Assembly (NCBI GenBank): GCA_964373795.1 | Contig: CAYJVY010000006.1 | Span: forward strand, 60,001 to 92,000 | DNA from: an uncultured archaeon | GTDB taxonomy: Archaea > Iainarchaeota > Iainarchaeia > Iainarchaeales > DATDZZ01 | Direction: 5' to 3' | DNA: 32,000 nucleotides | The notes under the pieces: generated by a model | The model's input: only the letters and a program-made list of their open reading frames with translations | Database searches by the model: none | What the model was told of the DNA's origin: nothing | Program-made: the position numbers and the translations under genes | In this document: piece by piece, positions 1 to 6,821 of the stretch | Layout: every line of letters begins with the position of its first letter | How positions within the stretch are numbered: the stretch's first letter is position 1

Positions 1-821
1 TTTCCTTGAGTTGTAAGTGGAGTTACATTTAGCTTTGTTTCCCCATAAGTTGTTTGATTTAATCCGCTTACATTATCAGTTAAATTAAATTTTAAAGCAA
101 AATTTGCAGAATTATCAGGGCCATAACTTACTCCATTAACTGGTTCAGTTATTGAAATTGTTGGAGGAGTTACATCAAAAATAATTTGATCTGAAACAGT
201 TAAAGGATTGTTACTTAAATCAAATCCTTTTACATAAACAGTTCTAATTCCTTCAGTTGAATTACATCCTGCTCCTGATTCATTTGATAAATTAAATGAC
301 TTGCTTGAAGTGAATGCTTGCTGTGAAGTGAAGTTCACATTGTCACAACTGAATTGAAGAGAATTAATATTGTTTCCATCAACTGTTAAAGTAACTTGAG
401 CATTGTTGGAATAAGTTGCTGCATTATTAATTGAAGCACTTAAACTTCCAACCGCTGGAGGAGCAGTGTCTAAAAGAATTGCACTTGTTTGAGTTCCCAA
501 ATCAAAAGTGCTTCCGTTTGAAGCAATTCCAATTCCTGTTACTCCAACAACTTTTAATCCATCTCCACCAATTAAATTCCATGAATGAGTATAAGTTCCA
601 GCAGGCTTTGTAAAGCTTTGTTGCTGGCTTTGACCATCAAATACTGTGTAAACATGTGAAATTCCTCCTGAAACAGAAACAGTTACATTTATTGCAGGAT
701 TATTAGTTGTAGTTGAACCATTATTTAATGAAACACTTAAAGCAGCGAAAGCTATAGAAGAAACTATAAGTAATCCAATTAATACGTAGAGATATCTAAA
801 GGTTGAACTAAATGATCCCAC
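1..821 (-). CDS. Partial secreted or surface protein (runs off the window) with an N-terminal hydrophobic anchor and an N/T/S-rich Ig-like body
   Basis: This ORF is absent from the ORF track because it has no stop inside the window. By hand translation the minus strand is open from the in-frame TAA at 848-846 down to position 1. The first plausible start is GTG at 821-819, giving VGSFSSTFRYLYVLIGLLIVSSIAFAALSVSLNNGSTTTNNPAINVTVSVSGG...PPTISITEPVNGVSYGPDNSANFALKFNLTDNVSGLNQ. Confidence 0.5.
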   Translation of the reverse strand, partial: MGSFSSTFRYLYVLIGLLIVSSIAFAALSVSLNNGSTTTNNPAINVTVSVSGGISHVYTVFDGQSQQQSFTKPAGTYTHSWNLIGGDGLKVVGVTGIGIASNGSTFDLGTQTSAILLDTAPPAVGSLSASINNAATYSNNAQVTLTVDGNNINSLQFSCDNVNFTSQQAFTSSKSFNLSNESGAGCNSTEGIRTVYVKGFDLSNNPLTVSDQIIFDVTPPTISITEPVNGVSYGPDNSANFALKFNLTDNVSGLNQTTYGETKLNVTPLTTQG

Positions 822-1010
822 GACTTCACCAAAAATTCTTTTTTTTTACTAAAAAAATTGATTAGAACTAGTAAACATTTGTGGCATGCATTGTATTTAA
901 ATGTTTCTATAATTGTACTTAAAGAAAAATTTTATAAATCTTCACTTTTTCAAGTAAAAAAATTACTTCACTCGCTTTTTAATAAAAAATTTGGTTGCAA
1001 AAAAATGAAT

Positions 1011-2549
1011 TTATTTTCTTGTTTTTGCTAGAAATCCTTGTTGTTCTCGAGTCATTCCAGTCCTTTGAGGTGAAAGTTTTCGTGCCTGGCCTGCAACTGC
1101 ATTGAATAAACTTCCTACATCAACGTTAACGCTTCCTTGCCAAGCATTTCTATCAGCCATTTCAAATTCAGCTGTAAAATTTACTCCATTGCCTGTAGTC
1201 CACCAACCTCTTAACCCTCCACCAAATTCTTTTCCAAAAGTTAATTCTCTTCTTCCAAGTTTATCAAAAGTTAAAAATGCTTCAATTCCTCTACCTCTTT
1301 CAAGATTTTCTAAACCAATTCCTCCAACAGTTCTTAAAGTATCAGCTGCTTCTTGAATTGATTGATAATCTAATTGCAATCTATAAGAAATATTCCATCT
1401 ATTTCCTGAAGGAGTAAGTTGTGCTCCAGCTTTTTCTAATTCAATTTTTTGATCTGGAGTTAAAGTTTTTCCTTCAACTCTAATTGATCCATCTCTTCCA
1501 ATTGGAATTCTTCCAACAAGTAATCCTCTTAGAGAATGAGATCTTAAAATTGGATCGTCTTGAAATGCATGTTGTAAAGATAAATCAACTTTTCCACCTA
1601 AAGCTCTTCTTAAATCAATTCCTGTTACAACTCTTCTACCACTTTCTTTTGTTCCTTCTAGAGGGCCATGAACTACTTCTGTTTTAGTCCAACCAGGACC
1701 TAAAGCTAAATCAATTCTTCTTCCAAATAAATCAAATTCATGTCCAAACATTAAATCAAATGTTTCCCTTCTTCTAACATCTCTTAACCTTGTTTTAACA
1801 TCAATTGGACCAAAAGGAATTGGAGGTTGTGCAACTCCGCCAATTTCAGTTTGAACTTGTCCTGAAACAGCTTTATTAGTAGTTGTTTCACTTGATTCAT
1901 GTTCTCTTAAATATCTTCCACCTAATTTAATATCTGGCAAGTCAAGTGGAAATCTATGAATTACATCACTTCCAGTTGTTTTATCTCTTCTAAGAAATTC
2001 TATAAACACTCCATCAATTATTCCTAAATCAAAATCTAATTGATTTACTTCTCTTCCAGCATTTTTTTGAATTCTTGAAACAGTTTCAGTATCAGTTGTA
2101 ATAACAATTGGAGTTCCATGAATTTCTTGACTTGAAACGCTTCTTGAAGAAGCTGTAGAAGTCTTTGAAGGTTTTCCTCCAGTTCTTACTCCATAACCAT
2201 AACTTAAACCAACTTGTCCATCAGGTAAATGAACTGTATTCAAAGAATTTCTAGTTGACCTAGGCAAGTCAACTCCAGTTTTTTCTCCTGACTTCATTAA
2301 AACACAACCTGCAAGCAAAGGAAGAACTAATAATGCAGCTCTGCCACCTCTTTTCCCAGGAAAAACAGCTGCAACTGGTTTGTTTCCTTTTCTAACAATT
2401 ACTGCCCCTCTTTTTTTAAAATTTGCAATTTCAGCAGGAGTAGCAGGAGATAATGGTCTAAAAAGTTTTGCGCCTCTTTCTCTTACGCCTCGTAAAGCTG
2501 CACCAGCTTTTTTAAATTCTCTAACAAGTCTTCTTTCAGGTCTTGGCAT
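1011..2549 (-). CDS. Hypothetical membrane-anchored protein: ~65-aa Arg/Lys-rich N-terminal segment, one hydrophobic helix ending in a lipobox-like LLAGC, then a ~430-aa Gly/Arg/Thr-rich ectodomain predicted to be rich in beta strands
   Basis: A 512-aa ORF opening MPRPERRLVREFKKAGAALRGVRERG...GKRGGRAALLVLPLLAGC. The C-terminal part shows alternating patterns such as RWNISYRLQLDY and VNFTAEFEMADRNAWQGSVNVDV. I recognise no family. The G+C looks somewhat higher than in neighbouring genes. Confidence 0.6.
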   Translation of the reverse strand: MPRPERRLVREFKKAGAALRGVRERGAKLFRPLSPATPAEIANFKKRGAVIVRKGNKPVAAVFPGKRGGRAALLVLPLLAGCVLMKSGEKTGVDLPRSTRNSLNTVHLPDGQVGLSYGYGVRTGGKPSKTSTASSRSVSSQEIHGTPIVITTDTETVSRIQKNAGREVNQLDFDLGIIDGVFIEFLRRDKTTGSDVIHRFPLDLPDIKLGGRYLREHESSETTTNKAVSGQVQTEIGGVAQPPIPFGPIDVKTRLRDVRRRETFDLMFGHEFDLFGRRIDLALGPGWTKTEVVHGPLEGTKESGRRVVTGIDLRRALGGKVDLSLQHAFQDDPILRSHSLRGLLVGRIPIGRDGSIRVEGKTLTPDQKIELEKAGAQLTPSGNRWNISYRLQLDYQSIQEAADTLRTVGGIGLENLERGRGIEAFLTFDKLGRRELTFGKEFGGGLRGWWTTGNGVNFTAEFEMADRNAWQGSVNVDVGSLFNAVAGQARKLSPQRTGMTREQQGFLAKTRK

Positions 2550-2585
2550 TACACATCACATCTTTTTATTCTTTTAATTTGATAT

Positions 2586-2597
2586 ATTTATATTAAT
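2586..2597 (-). promoter_or_regulatory. TATA-like box ATTTATATTAAT about 37-48 nt upstream of the 512-aa ORF start
   Basis: The identical 12-mer recurs at 8657-8668, at nearly the same distance (40-51 nt) from the start of the ORF at 8072-8617. Both loci are divergent from a tRNA gene. Confidence 0.45.
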
Positions 2598-2635
2598 ATC
2601 AACATTCTTGATATTTAAATAAGTTATGGTTATTT

Positions 2636-2772
2636 TATTAACATTCATTTGACAAAATTTTGACAAATCTTTTGTTAACATTTTTTGCCAACATTCTTTT
2701 GTTAGCATTCTTTTGTCAACATTCAGTTGTTAACATTTTTTGTTAACATTCTTTTGTCAACTTTTCTTTTTA
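2636..2772. repeat. Tandem array of ten 11-14-bp units, consensus TGTYAACATTCTTTT, built on the 8-bp palindrome TGTTAACA
   Basis: Octamer starts are 2636 tattaaca, 2650 tgacaaaa, 2661 tgacaaat, 2673 tgttaaca, 2686 tgccaaca, 2700 tgttagca, 2714 tgtcaaca, 2728 tgttaaca, 2741 tgttaaca and 2755 tgtcaact. Spacing across the core is 13, 14, 14, 14, 13, 14 bp. An outlier, tatcaaca, sits at 2597. Confidence 0.85.
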
Positions 2773-2782
2773 AGAAAAGTTG
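2758..2782 (+). promoter_or_regulatory. Perfect 10-bp inverted repeat (CAACTTTTCT / AGAAAAGTTG, loop TTTTA) ending 2 nt before tRNA-Ser
   Basis: I paired it by hand, 2758-2767 against 2773-2782. It overlaps the position where the tRNA promoter or leader should lie. Confidence 0.5.
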
Positions 2783-2784
2783 TT

Positions 2785-2868
2785 GCAGAGGTGGCGGAGT
2801 GGCCTAACGCGGCAGCCTGCTAAGCTGTTTCTCGAAAGGGAGCGCGAGTTCAAATCTCGCCCTCTGCG
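2785..2868 (+). tRNA. tRNA-Ser (anticodon GCU), class II with a long variable arm, no encoded CCA
   Basis: The acceptor stem pairs GCAGAGG with CCTCTGC, followed by discriminator G. The anticodon stem-loop is GCAGC-CTGCTAA-GCTGT. The T arm is GCGAG-TTCAAAT-CTCGC, and the variable arm is about 15 nt. Confidence 0.9.
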
Positions 2869-2870
2869 TT

Positions 2871-2926
2871 CAAAAACTTTTAGAAAAAGTTTTTGTGATC
2901 AAAAGTTTTTTGCTTAGAGCAAAAAA
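2871..2926 (+). terminator. Two A/T-run hairpins just downstream of tRNA-Ser, each followed by a T-run
   Basis: The first hairpin pairs 2871-2881 CAAAAACTTTT with 2885-2895 AAAAGTTTTTG, an 11-bp stem with a 3-nt loop. The second pairs 2906-2913 TTTTTTGC with 2919-2926 GCAAAAAA. A terminator role is inferred only from position. Confidence 0.35.
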
Positions 2927-2953
2927 GAAAAAGTAGGTTACAAGGAATGTTTT

Positions 2954-3616
2954 ATGTTTAAAAAAATATCAAGAATTGTAAGACTTAGGAGAAGGCTTGC
3001 AAAAGGAGATCAACACAGAATTGAAAGACGAAGAGAATTGATTGAACTTCGATATACAAATGAAGTAATTGGGAAACTTTCTAGAGAATTAAATAAATTG
3101 CGTAGCAGAGTAGAAAATTGGGATAAAATTAATCCTGGAAATGATTCTAGACAAAGACAAGTAACTCGTTATGGTTCGCTTGTTATAGAGTTATGGAGTA
3201 TTAATACTTTGGCACGAAACCTTGTAGGGAGTACAATTTATCCAAAACTATTGTTAAAAGTAAAAATAGAGGAAGGACCAAAAAAAGATAGAAGAACGCA
3301 TTTAGTTCAACTACAAGATTTAGAAAAAATTGGAGCCACCTGTCAAAAAATTGCAACAGGAGCAAATTATACTGTAAGAGAATTAGCTGATGATTTAGTT
3401 AATCATGAAAGTGATTTAGGAAATAAAAAAGCAGAACAAGTTAAGCAAAGTTTAGATATAATCATAACTGATTTAAAGCAAATTATTGGATGGACTGCCC
3501 CTTATGCAGAGGAAATTAAAAATAGTCTTAAGCGATCAAAAATTAGTGGAACAGCTTTATTTCTTGGCACTGCAAGAAAACTTAAATCATTACGCAAAAA
3601 ATTCATGAGCAATTAA
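2954..3616 (+). CDS. Hypothetical protein, Arg-rich N-terminus, predicted helical or coiled-coil
   Basis: A 220-aa ORF opening MFKKISRIVRLRRRLAKGDQHRIERRRELIELRY. I recognise no family. Confidence 0.5.
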   Translation: MFKKISRIVRLRRRLAKGDQHRIERRRELIELRYTNEVIGKLSRELNKLRSRVENWDKINPGNDSRQRQVTRYGSLVIELWSINTLARNLVGSTIYPKLLLKVKIEEGPKKDRRTHLVQLQDLEKIGATCQKIATGANYTVRELADDLVNHESDLGNKKAEQVKQSLDIIITDLKQIIGWTAPYAEEIKNSLKRSKISGTALFLGTARKLKSLRKKFMSN

Positions 3617-3651
3617 TAAAATAAAAAACACATTCAACCTCTAAAACAATA

Positions 3652-3663
3652 GATTTAAATTTA
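3652..3663 (+). promoter_or_regulatory. TATA-like box GATTTAAATTTA centred about 26 nt upstream of the ATG at 3683, implying a leaderless or near-leaderless mRNA
   Basis: The sequence and spacing match the archaeal TATA-to-TSS distance. The same geometry appears at several other genes in the window. Confidence 0.4.
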
Positions 3664-3682
3664 TTAAAGTTTTTATAATGTC

Positions 3683-4939
3683 ATGTCAAAAAAATTTGTA
3701 ATTGTTTTTGTTGCATTTATTTTTTTAATTTTTTTAATTGGTTGTGTTGGAAAAAATTTGGGGGAAGGAATTCTTCCAACTGGTTTTGGAATAGGTGATG
3801 GCGCAACTGGAACTAGTTCTTCTTCAGGAAGTAGTGGAAGCAATCAAGGCACTGGAACTAGTGATTCTGGAACTGGAACTTCTCCAAATGGATCTTCAGA
3901 CGGTAGCAAAAGTGATGGTGGAGAAAAAATTCCTGATGAATTGAAAAAACAAACTGAAGGCGCTGGAAGACAGTTTATTGAATCTGTTTTAAGCATGGAA
4001 AATCCTCCAAGATTAAATCTTTTAACTGCATTGGAAATGGCTCAAGGACTTGGTTGGAAAGCAGAGGAAGAAGCCTTAATGAAAAAATTAATTGATAAAA
4101 TTGAATTCGAAATTAATTCTACTTTAAATAATCCAGGTGCATCTATTAGAGAACTATTAGAGGCAATGCAGTTATCTCAACAACTTGGAGTAAGCGAAGA
4201 AAAAACTTATGAACAAGTTCTAGCTAGAATTGAACAAATACTTAAACAAAAATTGCAAGACTCAAAGCTTTGCAAACAACAATTGCTTGATGCAGCAGCT
4301 CTTGCACAACAACTAGGAATTAAAGAAATTGATGCAATTGCTTTGGAAAGAGTTCCAAATGCTTCAGCTATTTGTGGTACTTTAGATTTTAAAAAAGAAA
4401 CAATTTACATAAAAACAGGTGAAAAAACAACTGTAACTGCAAATGTTGAAGGAACTATCAAGGAATTTGCATTCGGAGGATTTGCAGGAGAATTAAAACA
4501 ATATTTTTTCGCAAATGCAAAACTGCGGTGGAGTTATTCCAAGTCTCCTGAAGAAAGTGAATGTATTTCAATTGAAAGAAAAGGAAATGGAACTGAAGCT
4601 CTTGAAAAAGAATTGGATAGTTTTATAATAGTTAAACCTGATGGCGCATATGAGGGGGGCATAAATAAAACAGTAAAACTAATTGTTACTAAAAAGAAAA
4701 TTCCTTCTCCTCCAGACGATCCTGAAAGATGTGACGGGGTAGACATAGATGAATCCACTGAAGAAGAAAATTATCAATTAAATATCAAATTTAATGGAAA
4801 CACTGATACAAAAACTTATTTGAAAGGAAGTTTGAATGAATTAACAAAAGCGGACGCATTTTCAGACGAAACTAATTCAACTACTGCAAATTGGGAACTA
4901 AAATTATCGGATATTGGTTCAACAATAAAAATAGGATAA
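3683..4939 (+). CDS. Predicted lipoprotein with a Gly/Ser/Thr-rich linker and three internal ~40-aa helical repeats
   Basis: The signal peptide and lipobox read MSKKFVIVFVAFIFLIFLIGC, followed by a GTSSSSGSSGSNQGTGTSDSGTGTS linker. The repeats are LLTALEMAQGLGWKAEEE, LLEAMQLSQQLGVSEEK and LLDAAALAQQLGIKEID. Confidence 0.65.
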   Translation: MSKKFVIVFVAFIFLIFLIGCVGKNLGEGILPTGFGIGDGATGTSSSSGSSGSNQGTGTSDSGTGTSPNGSSDGSKSDGGEKIPDELKKQTEGAGRQFIESVLSMENPPRLNLLTALEMAQGLGWKAEEEALMKKLIDKIEFEINSTLNNPGASIRELLEAMQLSQQLGVSEEKTYEQVLARIEQILKQKLQDSKLCKQQLLDAAALAQQLGIKEIDAIALERVPNASAICGTLDFKKETIYIKTGEKTTVTANVEGTIKEFAFGGFAGELKQYFFANAKLRWSYSKSPEESECISIERKGNGTEALEKELDSFIIVKPDGAYEGGINKTVKLIVTKKKIPSPPDDPERCDGVDIDESTEEENYQLNIKFNGNTDTKTYLKGSLNELTKADAFSDETNSTTANWELKLSDIGSTIKIG

Positions 4940-5053
4940 CATACAAAATTTTTGTTCCCCATTAATTGTTTTTTGATTAGCTAATTAAAAATTATCAAAA
5001 AAATAATGGATCCAGCGCTAATTTTGTTGAAATTCAGTAGCTTAAGTATTATT

Positions 5054-5640
5054 TTATCTTGGCTCTTTCCAGAAATGATTGAAGTATTTCATGTAGCTGT
5101 CCCGAATGTTTTTTGAATCCAGAATAAATGCAAACATTTCGCTCCAGAGCACTTGCGCAACCTTTTTTCCGAATATGATTATTACCATTGGCGAATTCAA
5201 GTCTTTAGGCAGTTGGCAATACTTGTAATGCATTTTTTTGTGTTTTTCGGTCTTGTCTGGCTCGTAGCCTTTGAGATATGTGCCATTATCGACAAGATCA
5301 TACATTGTGTGCTTTTGTTGTGCACGCCTATCCATCCAGTGCCAGAACCATGTGTGCATACTTTGCGGAACCGCCTTTGATTGCGGGAAATTCTTTCCGC
5401 CAAGCGTGCTATTGCCCCCGATCCAATAGGATTCCTTGTAGTCAAGTAATTCATTCAGGAGAGATTTCATAGATTCATTTCCCCGGTAAACTTCAGCTTT
5501 AATCGAAGGTTTTGAGGCGCCATAAAGACTCTTTATTTCAGGAATTTTTTTCTCAAGTTGTTTTAGGGAATTTTCTTTTTTTCTTATTTCTTCCAATATT
5601 TTGTTGGGGTGCGTGCACTGATATGTCCTTTTTCCTTCTG
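5054..5640 (-). pseudogene. TrmB-like transcriptional regulator lacking its N-terminal winged-HTH (5'-truncated)
   Basis: The body GKRTYQCTHPNKILEEIRKKENSLKQLEKKIPEIKSLYG...AEVYRGNESMKSLLNELL...YWIGGN and the tail IFGKKVAQVLW...NIRDSYMKYFNHFWKE match the linker and effector-domain layout of TrmB-like proteins. The first ~19 codons of the tracked ORF (up to 5701) are antisense to the ABC permease fragment and are not homologous. Confidence 0.5.
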
Positions 5641-5891
5641 CAATGCCGAACATATTCACGGGGTTGAGAATAGCAATGGGCATGTCGTGGGTTCTGCTCA
5701 TAGCGTCGGAACTTATCGCCTCTTCAAAAGGGTTGGGCTGGTTGATTCAGGATTCACGGAGCTTTTCAAGGCCTGACGATATGCTTGTTGCAGTTATAAC
5801 AATTGGTCTTTTAGGCGCGATTAGCGACAGGCTGCTTGTAATGTTTGAAAAGCGGATGCTTGCATGGAGAGAAACTTTCATAGGAGAATGA
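5622..5891 (+). pseudogene. C-terminal ~85-aa fragment of an ABC transporter permease (NitT/TauT, SsuC/TauC-like)
   Basis: The sequence (VLFPSA)MPNIFTGLRIAMGMSWVLLIASELIASSKGLGWLIQDSRSFSRPDDMLVAVITIGLLGAISDRLLVMFEKRML matches the EAA-loop-to-C-terminus region of a ~260-aa permease. The frame is closed by TGA at 5619-5621, so about 170 N-terminal residues are missing. Confidence 0.65.
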
Positions 5892-6625
5892 CAATGAACA
5901 AACTACTTGAAGTTGACATAAAGAAAAAAGCATTTCAAAATAATCTTGTGCTTTCAGAAATGTCTCTCGATCTGGAGAAAAACAAGTTCACAACAATTCT
6001 TGGTCCAAGCGGATGCGGAAAATCAACGCTCCTTAAGGCGATTGTAGGACTTGACAACGAATACGATGGCATGATCAGGCTAAATGGAACAGATGTCTCA
6101 GAACCAGTCAAGGAATGCAGCATGGTCTTCCAAGAGCCGAGGCTATTGCCCTGGGCGTCAGTTGAAGAAAATGTCATGTTCCCTTTGGAAAAAAGCAACG
6201 GCGAAAATCTCAGCGAATTGCTTACAATACTAACGCTTGAGAATTTTTCCCAAAACCTGCCAAAAGAACTCTCCGGTGGGATGGCACAGAGAGTTTCACT
6301 TGCAAGAGCACTTATTAATCTTCCAGAAATTATTCTGCTGGATGAGCCATTCAGCGCACTTGACATAATAACAAGACACAAGCTACAAGACAAGCTCATT
6401 GAGACCCTTGAAAAAAGGAAAACAACTGCATTGATGGTCACACACGACATTGAGGAAGCGGTCTATCTCAGTGACACAATACACGTGATGAAGCAAAGGC
6501 CTTCTGCAATAGTAAAAACCTACAGAATAGCTCTCCCTAAACCAAGGAATAGGACAAGTCCAGAATTCACCAAAAAAGTTTCTGAAATATACAAAGATCT
6601 TAGAGACCGACTAAAAATACTATAA
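5888..6625 (+). CDS. ABC transporter ATP-binding protein (NitT/TauT family, SsuB/TauB-like)
   Basis: It carries Walker A GPSGCGKST, signature LSGGMAQRVSLARAL, Walker B ILLDEPFSALD and H-loop VTHD. I prefer the ATG at 5888, which follows GGAG and overlaps the permease stop as ATGA, over the tracked start at 5864. Confidence 0.85.
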   Translation: MTMNKLLEVDIKKKAFQNNLVLSEMSLDLEKNKFTTILGPSGCGKSTLLKAIVGLDNEYDGMIRLNGTDVSEPVKECSMVFQEPRLLPWASVEENVMFPLEKSNGENLSELLTILTLENFSQNLPKELSGGMAQRVSLARALINLPEIILLDEPFSALDIITRHKLQDKLIETLEKRKTTALMVTHDIEEAVYLSDTIHVMKQRPSAIVKTYRIALPKPRNRTSPEFTKKVSEIYKDLRDRLKIL

Positions 6626-6821
6626 AGTTCAACTGCCCTATCTGGACATGCAGTCGATACAGATCAGTTAATCCCCTATGTCGCTAAAACCCCTTAAAAA
6701 GCCCCAAAATTGACTTCTTAAACAGACCTCTAAAACCGATAGTTCTTAAACAAAGCCGTTTTTTCAAGAAAAGATTTATTAATAACGAAGTGCTACTTGT
6801 ATTCAATTAATTGTTTAAATT

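Noticed and set aside
431-613. Many tracked ORFs lie antisense to or overlap strong genes. Examples: 431-613, 1102-1356, 1484-1687, 2380-2577, 4534-4758, 5153-5472, 5935-6450, 7849-8037, 8226-8644, 9640-9840, 11475-11717, 12916-13152, 13302-13499, 13789-13998, 14977-15213, 17012-17281, 18231-18425, 18811-19125, 21334-21679, 22195-22539, 24862-25140, 26315-26539, 26754-27086, 27011-27616, 30367-31059, 31065-31316 and 31665-31874.
   Set aside because: These are shadow ORFs on the opposite strand or in an alternative frame of genes with clear family motifs. Their low-complexity or Leu/Phe/Ser-rich translations are typical of AT-rich antisense frames.
2636-2772. Possible CRISPR array
   Set aside because: The units are only 11-14 bp long and directly abut one another without unique spacers. 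No cas genes are present. It is a tandem iteron-like array, not a CRISPR.
5643-5701. N-terminal 19 codons of the tracked 215-aa minus-strand ORF (MSRTHDMPIAILNPVNMFG)
   Set aside because: This stretch is antisense to the conserved ABC permease motif region (PNIFTGLRIAMGMSW). It extends the TrmB-like frame only by chance, so it is treated as non-native sequence beyond the truncation point.
5864-5887. Tracked start of the ABC ATPase at 5864 (MERNFHRR...)
   Set aside because: That start would overlap the permease fragment by 28 nt. The ATG at 5888 follows GGAG, overlaps the permease stop as ATGA, and gives a typical ATPase N-terminus.
4961-6816. Island as a transposon or integrative element
   Set aside because: There is no transposase, integrase or terminal inverted repeat. 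Only an 11-bp AT-rich direct repeat is present, and that could be chance. It is reported as a mosaic island of unknown mechanism instead.
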